DNA of 64,000 nt from the NCBI GenBank assembly GCA_023450615.1, contig JAEXGT010000018.1, forward strand, positions 8,808 through 72,807, written 5' to 3'. Made by a program: the position numbers and the translations under genes. Below, one piece after another: positions 9,759 through 18,887 of the stretch; position 1 is the stretch's first letter, and each line of letters starts with the position of its first letter. The DNA is from Pseudomonadota bacterium (GTDB lineage: Bacteria > Pseudomonadota > Alphaproteobacteria > Rhizobiales > Beijerinckiaceae). The notes beneath the pieces are model-generated. The model did no database searches. It worked only from the letters and a program-made list of their open reading frames with translations, and was not told the DNA's origin.

Positions 9759-10934
9759 ATGGAAACCCTGAACGTCGGCATCATCGGATGCGGCAACATC
9801 TCGGGCATTTACCTTCAGAACATCCCGGCCTATCGGGGACTGACTCTGCGCGCCTGCGCCGATATGAGGCCGGAAATCGCGCAGGCCCAGGCCAGCCGCC
9901 ATGGGATCGAAGCCCTCACCGTCGATCAGCTCCTGGCTCGCGAGGACATCGACCTCGTTGTGAATCTCACGATTCCCAGCGCCCATTTCGGCGTGTCCCT
10001 CGCGGCACTCAGCGCAGGCAAGCACGTCTTCTCGGAAAAGCCTCTCGCGGTGGATTTCGAGCAAGGCCGCAAACTGGTGGATGAAGCCGAAGCACGCGGG
10101 CTGTTGCTGGGCTGCGCGCCGGACACCTTCCTCGGAGCCGGTGGGCGCCTCGCCCGCCAACTCGTGGACGATGGAGCCGTCGGGCGGATCCTTTCGGGGT
10201 CGGCATTCCTCATGTCCCATGGCATGGAGCACTGGCACCCGGACCCGGAGTTCTTCTTCAAGCCGGGCGGCGGCCCCATCCTCGATATGGCGCCCTATTA
10301 TCTCAGCACGCTCGTCAATCTCATCGGCCCCGTGCAGCGCGTGTTCTCCATGGCGAATATCGGATTTCCCGAACGCATCGTGACGGCAGATTCCCCCAAA
10401 AAGGGCCAGCGGATCACGGTGGAGACGCCGACAAGCGTCATGGCCCTTCTGGAATTCGCCTCCGGAGCCCAAGTCACTTTCTGCATGAGCTGGGATGTAT
10501 GGAAGCACGGTCACCCGGCAATTGAGCTCTATGGGACTGAAGGCTCCCTGCGCGTGCCCGATCCGAACTTCTTTGGCGGTCAGGTCGAGACGACTGAACG
10601 CGGTGGGGATTGGCAGTTGAAGGATTCGAGCGAGATGCCCCTCGGCGCTCCCAATTGGCGGTCTCCGAATTGGGCGCCCGATATGCCATCACGCGCCAAT
10701 TACCGCGCGCTCGGCCTTGCCGATCTTGCCAGCGCCGCCCTCAACGGCACGCCTCACCGTTCGACAGGCCGGCTGGCGCTTCATGTCCTTGAAGTCATGC
10801 ACAGGATCCTGGAAGGCGCCGGCACCGGACAGGCGATGCCGATCACGACCCTGCTGGAGCGCCCGGCGCCTCTCTCCGACCAGGATGCCGCTGCGCTTTG
10901 GCAAGGCCCTCCTGAGACCGCAACGGCGGCCTAG
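9759..10934 (+). CDS. Gfo/Idh/MocA family oxidoreductase
   Basis: METLNVGIIGCGNISGIYL Rossmann N-terminus and an HVFSEKP motif. ATG at 9759 lies 5 nt after the upstream stop. The 9510 extension is out of context. Confidence 0.85.
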   Translation: METLNVGIIGCGNISGIYLQNIPAYRGLTLRACADMRPEIAQAQASRHGIEALTVDQLLAREDIDLVVNLTIPSAHFGVSLAALSAGKHVFSEKPLAVDFEQGRKLVDEAEARGLLLGCAPDTFLGAGGRLARQLVDDGAVGRILSGSAFLMSHGMEHWHPDPEFFFKPGGGPILDMAPYYLSTLVNLIGPVQRVFSMANIGFPERIVTADSPKKGQRITVETPTSVMALLEFASGAQVTFCMSWDVWKHGHPAIELYGTEGSLRVPDPNFFGGQVETTERGGDWQLKDSSEMPLGAPNWRSPNWAPDMPSRANYRALGLADLASAALNGTPHRSTGRLALHVLEVMHRILEGAGTGQAMPITTLLERPAPLSDQDAAALWQGPPETATAA

Positions 10935-10949
10935 GCAATCGAACACTGC

Positions 10950-10988
10950 ACAAGCCCTGTCCAAAGACTGGCCAGGGCTTTTCGTATT
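10950..10988 (+). terminator. Stem-loop plus T-tract between convergent genes
   Basis: AAGCCCTG (10952-10959) pairs with CAGGGCTT (10973-10980), followed by TTTTCGTATT. Confidence 0.5.
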
Positions 10989-11031
10989 ACGGCTCCGACA
11001 TACGAAAGCGCGTTACTCTCGAAATCGGGGC

Positions 11032-12123
11032 TCATTTGCCCGATTTCGGAAAGCGGGCCAAAAGGCTGGTGAGCTGGGCCTGATGACTTGTGCCTGTTTT
11101 CGCGAATATCGACTTCAAGTGATAGCGAACCGTTTCAGGACTGACCCGATTCTCGGCTGCGATCTGCTGCGTATCAGCCCCCTTCAGAAGAGCTGCGGCC
11201 ACTCGCGCTTCAGCGGATGTCAGCCCAAAAACCTTCTGCAGAATATCCAGGGCAACCGGTCTGTGCGCGCTGAGATCCCTGATCAACAGGATTGCACGCG
11301 TGCCCTGAAAGACATCATTCGCATGCCGAACAACCGGATACGTGCTCACGATCAGCGGGATATTGTTGATCCGGTGTAGCAAGATCGATGCCGGCGCGGT
11401 CGACTTAATGTCGTAGGCGGGGTGGGTGCTCGCTGTGATGAGTTCCTGAAGCGCCTTGTTGGCCTCGCGTTGTTGAGAGCGGAGCTTGGATGAGATGACT
11501 TGCAGATCTTCTCCAAGCAATTCCTCCGCCTTCTTATTCATCCGGGTGACGCGCCCGAGCCGATCGAGCAGCATGGCTCCGCAATCGAATCGCTCAACGC
11601 TGTCGATCAACCCTTCGGCGAAGGCCGCGCGGCTGCTCACCGCAAGGCGGGCTGCTCTCCGCACATCTCCAAGGTCCTGCTGGATCCTCAATGCCGTGCC
11701 GTCGGAGAACGGCTCTTTATCGATCTTTCGGTGAATGGAAAGCGTCGTCAGCCCCCCACCGACATCGCCTAGAATGCTGCCGGCAAACCAGCCGAGCCCC
11801 AGCGGGCGCAGAAACTCAGCATAGAGCGGAAGATGCCCGATCTCATCATGAGTAAAGAGATCCTGATCCGTTACGACTTCCTTGCCCTTGCGGACCACCG
11901 GGACGCCGCGCGCTGCGCGTATATCGCGCTTGTACCACTCTTCACGGACAAAGCGCGCACACATCTCTCCGAGACTTTCGGACGCAACAACGCCCCCGAC
12001 ACAGTCTGGATAGGTTGAAATGACGACACCGTCTGCAGACCAAGCAGAACTCGCGATATTAAGTGCATTCGTCCAAAGTTCAGGGAGAATAGCAGCTTCG
12101 TAAAATGCTTCCGTAGCGAGCAT
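11032..12123 (-). CDS. LuxR-family (HTH, GerE-type) transcriptional regulator with a long non-receiver N-terminal domain
   Basis: C-terminal LTSAEARVAAALLKGADTQQIAAENRVSPETVRYHLKSIFAKTG is a LuxR/FixJ-type HTH. The N-terminal ~290 aa carry no REC motifs. Confidence 0.8.
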   Translation of the reverse strand: MLATEAFYEAAILPELWTNALNIASSAWSADGVVISTYPDCVGGVVASESLGEMCARFVREEWYKRDIRAARGVPVVRKGKEVVTDQDLFTHDEIGHLPLYAEFLRPLGLGWFAGSILGDVGGGLTTLSIHRKIDKEPFSDGTALRIQQDLGDVRRAARLAVSSRAAFAEGLIDSVERFDCGAMLLDRLGRVTRMNKKAEELLGEDLQVISSKLRSQQREANKALQELITASTHPAYDIKSTAPASILLHRINNIPLIVSTYPVVRHANDVFQGTRAILLIRDLSAHRPVALDILQKVFGLTSAEARVAAALLKGADTQQIAAENRVSPETVRYHLKSIFAKTGTSHQAQLTSLLARFPKSGK

Positions 12124-12278
12124 GATAAGCTTTACTTTTACTGATGTTGTTGTCGCTTATGGATATCATCTTCAATATCATTGGACTATGTTACTTGGTT
12201 TCATAGGTAAATTTGCCGCACCACTTTTTCCCCTCCCTTTTGGGGCACGCCTTAATACCGGCCCCTCTTATTGCTCCT

Positions 12279-12318
12279 CATTTGGGTAGGTCTCCTTGCG
12301 GCAGTCACTACCCAAATG
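12279..12318. promoter_or_regulatory. Perfect 11-bp inverted repeat (CATTTGGGTAG-N18-CTACCCAAATG) in the leader/promoter of the giant gene
   Basis: Read directly. The arms are at 12279-12289 and 12308-12318, in a relatively A/T-rich 376-bp divergent intergenic region. Confidence 0.4.
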
Positions 12319-12499
12319 GTCAGTGATGCCCCGAAATTTCCATGCTTCCTTCCCGCCACGAACCACAAGCACCAAGCCCTTCCCGCGTGGTTTTGAAGCG
12401 GCAGGGCATCTTCGCAGAAGCCAGAGGCAACGGCGCAGCATCGCGCATGCCGGCACATGGAACAGGGCCTGACGCAAGTTCAGGGCCGAGGGGGACAGA

Positions 12500-15400
12500 A
12501 TGGCAAGCCATCCAAATTTCGCGACGTTTTCAATATCTTACGATTCCGAGAAGGACTCTTGGACGATCCTGAACGGCGACGTGTCGTATGATGGCGCCAA
12601 CACGGGGCGCATTGTCATCGGCTCGGTCGGCTATGTGCTCGCTGGCGGCGATGCACATTCCACTCTGACGGAGGCCCTTGCTACAGCCAGCGACGGCGAC
12701 ATCATCATGGTCGCGCCCGGCACGTATGAGGAAACGCTCACCATCACCAAGGACGTCACTATCCGAAGCCTTGACGGCGAAGTTGCTACGACCGTCATCG
12801 AAGGTGGCATCCACATTCAGGCGGATGGCGTCACCATCAGCGGCCTGACCATCGAAGGCGGCTCGTCCTTCTTCGGCGCTGGCCCGGCCGGCATTCTCGT
12901 CCAGGCCAATGGCGTGACCCTGCAGAACAACGCGCTTTATGGCTCCGCCACCAGCATCAACGATGCGGCGCGCGGAATCCTCGTGGCTGTCGAGACCGGT
13001 GAAGACCTAATCATCTCCAACAACACTGTGATCGGTTGGGCCACAGGCGCTTATCTCAACCCCGGCGCATCCGGAATCGTCGAGGGCAACACCTTCAAGA
13101 GCAATGACGTAGGCGTGTCGATGGACGCTCCTGTCGGAATCTCTGTCACCGACAACACTTTCGATGGCAACTTCATCGAGCAAATCGGTGCCGGCGTCCC
13201 CGGCAATACTCTCGATCTATCCGAGATCGTGGCGGACAACACCTTTAAGAACACCCCTGAAGGTGAGCAGCAGGTCTTCATCTATGGTGACGCAGACAGC
13301 GAGACCATCGTCGGTACGGTCGCGGCCGATAAGATCATTGGCGGAGGCGGCATCGATACGGTGATCTACGGCGAAGATTCCATGATCGAGTTCGTGGACG
13401 GTGTGTGGACGGTCACTACCGCTGACGGCATCGTCGACACCCTGACCGGTGTGGAGCGCGTCACCATCGGCGATCATACCTACATCCTCGTGGATGACGA
13501 TGGCGAAGGCTTCACCTCGATCCAGGATGCTGTGAACGCCACCAATGCGGGCGATACGATCCTGGTTGCGGATGGCACCTATGCAGGAACGGTTGTCGTC
13601 AACAAAGCTGTGACCATCCAGGGCATTGAGGGCGAGGCCGAGAATACGATTGTCACCGGCGGCATCCACATCAACGCGGACGGCGTCACCATCGACGGCC
13701 TTCACATTTCGGGCGCCGGCACTATCCTCGGCGAGAAGGCTGGCGTTTACGTCAGCGCTGCCAATGTCACCATCGTCAACAGCATTCTGACCGGTCCCGA
13801 GAGCGCCACGAATGAGCGCGGCGTCCTGGCGGGCGGCTCTGCCGACGGCCTCACCATTTCCAACAACACGATGGAAGGTTGGGCCACAGGTGTATACCTT
13901 AACCCCGGCGCCACCGGCACCGTCGAAGGCAATACCTTCACCGAGAACAATGTCGGCGTGTCGATGGACGATCCGGAAGGCCTCACCGTCACCGGAAACA
14001 CCTTTGAGAATAACAAGACCGAGCAGGTGGGCGTCGGTGCTTCGGGTGCGGAACTCGACCTGTCGCAGATCGTAGCCGACAATGAATTCATCGGTTCCAC
14101 CGATCAGGTTGTTGTTTGGGGTGCCAATGGCGACCAGACGATCATCGGTTCGGAAGCTGCCGATGTGATTAAGGGATCGGGCGGCATCGACACGGTGATC
14201 TACGGCGAAGGCGCCACGATCGAGTTCGTGGACGGTGTATGGACGGTCACTACCGCTGACGGCATCGTCGATACCCTGACCGGTGTGGAGCGCGTCACCA
14301 TCGGTGATCAGACCTACATCCTCGTGGATGACGATGGCGAAGGCTTCACCTCGATCCAGGATGCCGTGAACGCCGCCCATGACGGCGACACGATCCTGGT
14401 TGCGGACGGCACGTATGAGGAAACGCTCATCGTTAACAAGGCTGTGACCATCACAAGCCTTGAAGGTGAGGTTTCCAATACCGTTGTCGAGGGCGGCATC
14501 CACATTCAGGCGGATGGCGTCACTATCAATGGCCTGACCATCGAGGGCGGCACGTCCTTCTTCGGCGCTGGCCCGGCCGGCATTCTCGTCCAGGCCAATG
14601 GCGTGACCCTGCAGAACAACGTGCTCTATGGCGCTGGCGATAGCATTGCTACCTCAGCTCGCGGCGTGCTCGTGGCTGTCGAGACCGGCAACGATCTCAC
14701 TCTCTCCAACAACCACATGGAAGGCTGGGCCACGGGTGCCTACCTCAACCCCGGCGCGACCGGCACAGTTACCGGCAACACCTTCGCCCAGAACGATGTT
14801 GGCTTGTCCATGGACGATCCGAGCGATCTGTCCGTGACCGGAAATACTTTCGACGGCAACTTCCTCGAGCAGATCGGCGCCGGCGTCCCCGGCAATACTC
14901 TCGATCTGTCCGAGATCGTGGCGGGCAACCGCTTCGAGCACACCCCTGCAGGTAAGCAGCAGGTCTTCATCTATGGTGACGCAGACAGCGAAACCATCGT
15001 CGGTACGGTCGCGGCCGATAAGATCATTGGCGGAGGCGGCATTGACACGGTGATCTACGGCGAAGGCGCCACGATCGAGTTCGTGGACGATGTATGGACG
15101 ATTACCACGGCTGACGGCATCGTCGATACCCTGACCGGGGTGGAGCGTGTCACCATCGGGAGCCAGACCTACATCCTCGTGGACGATGACGGCGTAGCCC
15201 TCGACTCGATCCAGGATGCCGTTGATCTCGCCAGCGACGGCGACATCATCATGGTCGCGGCCGGCTCCTACAGCGAGATGGTTACCGTCGACAAGGACGT
15301 CACCATTCTTGGCGTCAATGCAGGTGTCGCAGGATACGGGCGCGTGACCTCTGGCGGCTCGAACCCGGAGACCTATATCGACGGCGGCATCCATATCCTT

Positions 15401-17533
15401 AAGGACGGCGTCACGCTCGACGGGCTTGCGATTATGGGTGGTGACATGGGCGGCGAAGCTGCCGGTGTGTTCATCCAAGCTGCTAATGCGACCATCAGCA
15501 ACAGCATTCTCATGGGGCAATCCTCGGGTGGACCTGCCCGTGGCATCGTGACGGACGCTTCGGCTGAAGGCCTCGTCATCTCCGACAACGCCATAGCGGG
15601 CTGGGCCACGGGCGCGTACCTCAATCCCGGCGCCACCGGCACCGTGACGGGCAACGTCCTCATCGGTAATAACGTCGGCATCTCCATCGACGATCCGGAC
15701 GGTCTCTCTGTCAGCGGCAACGTCCTGTTCGGAAACGCCTTCGAGAATATCGGCCTGGGCATCTATGCGGGTACTGCTGACGCCAGCACGATCATTGGCG
15801 CCAACACGATCCTGTCGAATGCTCCTGGAGGCGATGTGAGCATCTATGGCCTCGGATCAGGGCATACTATCCAGGGCACAGCCTATGCGGACACGTTCCA
15901 TGGAAGCGACGAAGCCGACATCTTCGTGGGCGGAGCCGGCAATGACGTGATCAATGGCGGCGACGGCGAAGACACGGCGGTGTTCAGCGGCAATCGTTCC
16001 GACTACTCCGTATCGGTCGGTCAGAACGACAAAGTGACGATCACCGACCTCCGTCAGAATGGCGGAACCGGCACCGACATTCTCTCGGGCGTCGAGTCCT
16101 TCCAATTCGCCAACGGAAAGATCAGCTACGACACGCTCCTCAACAATGAAACCCCGACTGCCGTTTATCTGTCTGGCGATCAGAATGTTGCGGAGAATGC
16201 AGCCAATGGCACCATCATTGGGACGCTTTCTGCGGATGACGAGAATGAAGACGACAGCTTCGTCTATGAACTCGTTGACAACGCAGGTGGTCGCTTCGCC
16301 ATATCGGACGGCAAGCTCGTCGTGGCCAATGGCACCCTTCTCGACTACGAGAAGGGCGATAGCCATGAAGTGAAAGTGAAGGTGACAGATCTTTCCGGGG
16401 CCTCCTTCGTACAGAGCCTGTCGATCTACGTGGATGACGTGAATGAGGGCCCGACTCCCGTCAGGCTTCTTCAGCAGGTGGTTACCGCCGCTGAGAACGG
16501 CGCGGCCAAGAAAGTAGCGGACATCGACGTTACAGATGATGCGCTCGGCATCAACGAACTGTCGCTGGTCGGCGCTGACGCTGCCGCCTTCGAAATCCGC
16601 GGCACTGAGTTGTGGTTCAGAGGTAACGCCAACTTCGAGGCCAAAAGTTCCTACGCGGTTGCTGTCAAGGCGACCGATAAGAATGGTGCCGGCTCCGATA
16701 TTTCCGAGACTTTCACTCTGAAGATCACGGATGTGAACGAAGCTCCGACCGACATCGCCGTCAGCGGCGGCTCGGTGCTCGAGAACTCGGCTGTCGGCAC
16801 GCTTGTGGCCTCGCTCTCCGGAGTAGACCAGGACGCGGGCGAAACGTTCACCTTCGCGCTTCTTGACAACGCAGGTGGTCGTTTCGCCATCAGCGGCGAC
16901 AAGATCCTGGTGGCTGACTCGTTCAAGCTGGACTACGAACAGGCTACGAGCCACCAAGTCGTCGTTCGGGTTACCGACAAAAATGGCGCTACCTACGACG
17001 AGGCCGTTACTCTCTCCGTCGGAGACGTTCGGGTCGAGAACATCAGTGGCTCGTCCGGCTCTGACAAGGTCGTCGGCGGCTCGGGTAACGACAAGATGTC
17101 CGGCGGCTCGGGCAACGACATCCTTGATGGCGGAGCTGGCAAGGACGTGCTGAATGGCGGCTCTGGCAACGACCGCCTTATCGGCGGTGCAGGCCAGGAT
17201 ACGCTGACCGGCGGCTCAGGTAAGGACGTGTTCGTCTTCGGCCCCAAGAGCACAGGCTCTTCCAAGAAGACAGCCGACTACATCACGGACTTCTCCGGCC
17301 GTGGCGGCGACAAGATCGACCTGAGCGCAATCGACGCCAATGTCTCGAAGAAGGGCAACCAGGCCTTCTCTTTCATCGGCACTGGCGACTTCACGAAGGC
17401 CGGCCAAGTCCGTTACGAGAAGGATGGGAAGGACACCTACGTCTATCTCAACACTGACAACGACAAGGCTGCCGAAGCCGTGATTAGGCTCAAGGGCGCG
17501 ATGGACCTGCAGAAGAGCTGGTTCGTGCTCTAA
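12500..17533 (+). CDS. Giant secreted-type repeat protein: 4 right-handed beta-helix modules, 3 cadherin-like domains, RTX Ca-binding repeats and a T1SS-type C-terminus
   Basis: 1677 aa with no signal peptide. DGDxIxVAxGTYxExxxVxKxVTI and GWATGAYLNPGATGTVxGN blocks recur four times. DVNEGPT/DVNEAPT linkers separate three cadherin-like units. GGSGNDxxxGGxGxD nonapeptides precede an acidic/hydrophobic end, KSWFVL. Confidence 0.9.
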   Translation: MASHPNFATFSISYDSEKDSWTILNGDVSYDGANTGRIVIGSVGYVLAGGDAHSTLTEALATASDGDIIMVAPGTYEETLTITKDVTIRSLDGEVATTVIEGGIHIQADGVTISGLTIEGGSSFFGAGPAGILVQANGVTLQNNALYGSATSINDAARGILVAVETGEDLIISNNTVIGWATGAYLNPGASGIVEGNTFKSNDVGVSMDAPVGISVTDNTFDGNFIEQIGAGVPGNTLDLSEIVADNTFKNTPEGEQQVFIYGDADSETIVGTVAADKIIGGGGIDTVIYGEDSMIEFVDGVWTVTTADGIVDTLTGVERVTIGDHTYILVDDDGEGFTSIQDAVNATNAGDTILVADGTYAGTVVVNKAVTIQGIEGEAENTIVTGGIHINADGVTIDGLHISGAGTILGEKAGVYVSAANVTIVNSILTGPESATNERGVLAGGSADGLTISNNTMEGWATGVYLNPGATGTVEGNTFTENNVGVSMDDPEGLTVTGNTFENNKTEQVGVGASGAELDLSQIVADNEFIGSTDQVVVWGANGDQTIIGSEAADVIKGSGGIDTVIYGEGATIEFVDGVWTVTTADGIVDTLTGVERVTIGDQTYILVDDDGEGFTSIQDAVNAAHDGDTILVADGTYEETLIVNKAVTITSLEGEVSNTVVEGGIHIQADGVTINGLTIEGGTSFFGAGPAGILVQANGVTLQNNVLYGAGDSIATSARGVLVAVETGNDLTLSNNHMEGWATGAYLNPGATGTVTGNTFAQNDVGLSMDDPSDLSVTGNTFDGNFLEQIGAGVPGNTLDLSEIVAGNRFEHTPAGKQQVFIYGDADSETIVGTVAADKIIGGGGIDTVIYGEGATIEFVDDVWTITTADGIVDTLTGVERVTIGSQTYILVDDDGVALDSIQDAVDLASDGDIIMVAAGSYSEMVTVDKDVTILGVNAGVAGYGRVTSGGSNPETYIDGGIHILKDGVTLDGLAIMGGDMGGEAAGVFIQAANATISNSILMGQSSGGPARGIVTDASAEGLVISDNAIAGWATGAYLNPGATGTVTGNVLIGNNVGISIDDPDGLSVSGNVLFGNAFENIGLGIYAGTADASTIIGANTILSNAPGGDVSIYGLGSGHTIQGTAYADTFHGSDEADIFVGGAGNDVINGGDGEDTAVFSGNRSDYSVSVGQNDKVTITDLRQNGGTGTDILSGVESFQFANGKISYDTLLNNETPTAVYLSGDQNVAENAANGTIIGTLSADDENEDDSFVYELVDNAGGRFAISDGKLVVANGTLLDYEKGDSHEVKVKVTDLSGASFVQSLSIYVDDVNEGPTPVRLLQQVVTAAENGAAKKVADIDVTDDALGINELSLVGADAAAFEIRGTELWFRGNANFEAKSSYAVAVKATDKNGAGSDISETFTLKITDVNEAPTDIAVSGGSVLENSAVGTLVASLSGVDQDAGETFTFALLDNAGGRFAISGDKILVADSFKLDYEQATSHQVVVRVTDKNGATYDEAVTLSVGDVRVENISGSSGSDKVVGGSGNDKMSGGSGNDILDGGAGKDVLNGGSGNDRLIGGAGQDTLTGGSGKDVFVFGPKSTGSSKKTADYITDFSGRGGDKIDLSAIDANVSKKGNQAFSFIGTGDFTKAGQVRYEKDGKDTYVYLNTDNDKAAEAVIRLKGAMDLQKSWFVL
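12640..15700 (+). repeat. Nested in-frame tandem duplications inside the giant gene (834/855-bp modules; 1689-bp two-module super-repeat)
   Basis: ATCGAGTTCGTGGACG recurs at 13385, 14219 and 15074. CCACATTCAGGCGGATGGCGTCAC recurs at 12811 and 14500 (offset 1689). GGCAACTTC..GGCGTCCCCGGCAATACTCTCGATCT recurs at 13166 and 14855 (offset 1689). Confidence 0.85.
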
Positions 17534-17551
17534 CAGGCGAAGCAACAACTC

Positions 17552-17620
17552 CCCCGCGACGCCCCGGCGTCGCGGGGAAACTACCATCATCCCCTGCGGC
17601 ATCTGTCGCAGGGGATGTTC
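17552..17620. terminator. Two GC-rich hairpins between convergent genes (bidirectional terminator region)
   Basis: CCCCGCGACGCC / GGCGTCGCGGGG at about 17552-17577. CATCCCCTGCG / CGCAGGGGATG at 17588-17617, followed by TTCATTT. Confidence 0.55.
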
Positions 17621-17639
17621 ATTTGGAAAGCCACCGATT

Positions 17640-18887
17640 TCAGAAGCGATTTGCCCGATACGGATGCGGATCGATCGTCGGCGTCCTGCCCGCAACCAGA
17701 TCGGAAACCAGCAGTCCTGTCGTCGAGCCGCCGATCAAGCCGGTCTGGCCGTGTCCGAAAGCCAGCATGACGTTCTTGTGCTGTGGCGATGGCCCTATGA
17801 CCGGCAGGGAGTCCGGGGTTGCTGGGCGATGGCCCATCCAGACCGATGCCGGCTCGCCCGTCATGCCTGGGAAATAACGCTTTGCAATCTTTCCGAGGGC
17901 GACGGCACGGCGCTCGTTCATGGGGGCGTCGAGACCGGCGATCTCCGCGGTTCCCGCGACCCGCAGCCCGTTCTCCATCGGCGTCATCATGATCTTTGTA
18001 GCGAGCGGATAGAGCGGGCGCTTCGGAGCCGTCTCAGGCATCGGCAGCATCACATGATAGCCCCGCAGGCTCTCGAGGGGGATCTTGAGGCCGAGCCGCC
18101 CGGCCAACCGCTGAGACCATGCGCCGGCTGCGATGACCACCATATCGCACGGCATGGAGCCTGCATCCGTCACGATGGCGCGGACCTGTCCTCCATCGAG
18201 CTCGAAATCCTTGACCGACGCCCGCACGAAACGTCCGCCATTTCGCGCGATGTCCTCAGCGATCGTCGTCACCAGACGATACGGATTGCTGCAATGACCG
18301 AAGTCGGGAAGATAGACCGCCTTTGCGAAGCTCGGCTCCAGGGAAGGCTCCAACTGACGGATCTCGTCGGAATTGAGAATCTCCGAACGGATCCCGAGCG
18401 CATCCCTGATTTCCCGGCCGAGCGTATCCTTAACGAAAGCCGCATCGTTCTCATAGAGATAGAGCTGACCGGAGATGTGAAGCAGGCTTTTGGCATCGAC
18501 GCCCAGCAGCGTCCGGTAATTATCGAAGCTGTCGACATGCAGCATGCGGAGCGCCTGTGCGATGCCGTCGATGCGCGGGCGTGATCCTGCGGCAATGAAC
18601 TTGGCGAGCCATGGCAGGGCGCGGGGCAGGTAGCGCCAATCGATCCAGAGGGGGCTGTCCGGATCGGTGATCCATGACATGGCCTGCCGCACGATGCCCG
18701 GTGTTGAAAGCGGCACGACGGAGCCGGGGCCGATGCTTCCGGCATTGCCGAAGGAGCATCCCTCGCCTGGAGGCAAGGGATCGTAAATGGTCACCGAGTG
18801 CCCATCGCGCTGAAGGAAGGCCGCGCACGACACCCCGATGACGCCCGCGCCGATGATGGCTATGTTGGCCAAAGCTCTCTCCTTCAC
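17640..18887 (-). CDS. FAD-dependent oxidoreductase, D-amino-acid dehydrogenase (DadA)-like
   Basis: N-terminal IAIIGAGVIGVSCAAFL dinucleotide-binding motif; 415 aa. The GTG start overlaps the upstream stop (GTGA). Confidence 0.75.
   Translation of the reverse strand: MKERALANIAIIGAGVIGVSCAAFLQRDGHSVTIYDPLPPGEGCSFGNAGSIGPGSVVPLSTPGIVRQAMSWITDPDSPLWIDWRYLPRALPWLAKFIAAGSRPRIDGIAQALRMLHVDSFDNYRTLLGVDAKSLLHISGQLYLYENDAAFVKDTLGREIRDALGIRSEILNSDEIRQLEPSLEPSFAKAVYLPDFGHCSNPYRLVTTIAEDIARNGGRFVRASVKDFELDGGQVRAIVTDAGSMPCDMVVIAAGAWSQRLAGRLGLKIPLESLRGYHVMLPMPETAPKRPLYPLATKIMMTPMENGLRVAGTAEIAGLDAPMNERRAVALGKIAKRYFPGMTGEPASVWMGHRPATPDSLPVIGPSPQHKNVMLAFGHGQTGLIGGSTTGLLVSDLVAGRTPTIDPHPYRANRF

Noticed and set aside
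12252-12572. Small overlapping ORFs (63-76 aa) in the luxR / giant-gene intergenic region
   Set aside because: They are mutually overlapping in several frames, have no RBS, and are Cys/Arg/Pro-rich. More likely this is a non-coding promoter/leader.
13217-16957. Long minus-strand ORFs (428, 288 and 366 aa) inside the giant gene
   Set aside because: They are antisense to a 1677-aa ORF with coherent domain architecture. They inherit the repeat periodicity, and their products are Asp/Gly/Val/Arg-rich without motifs.
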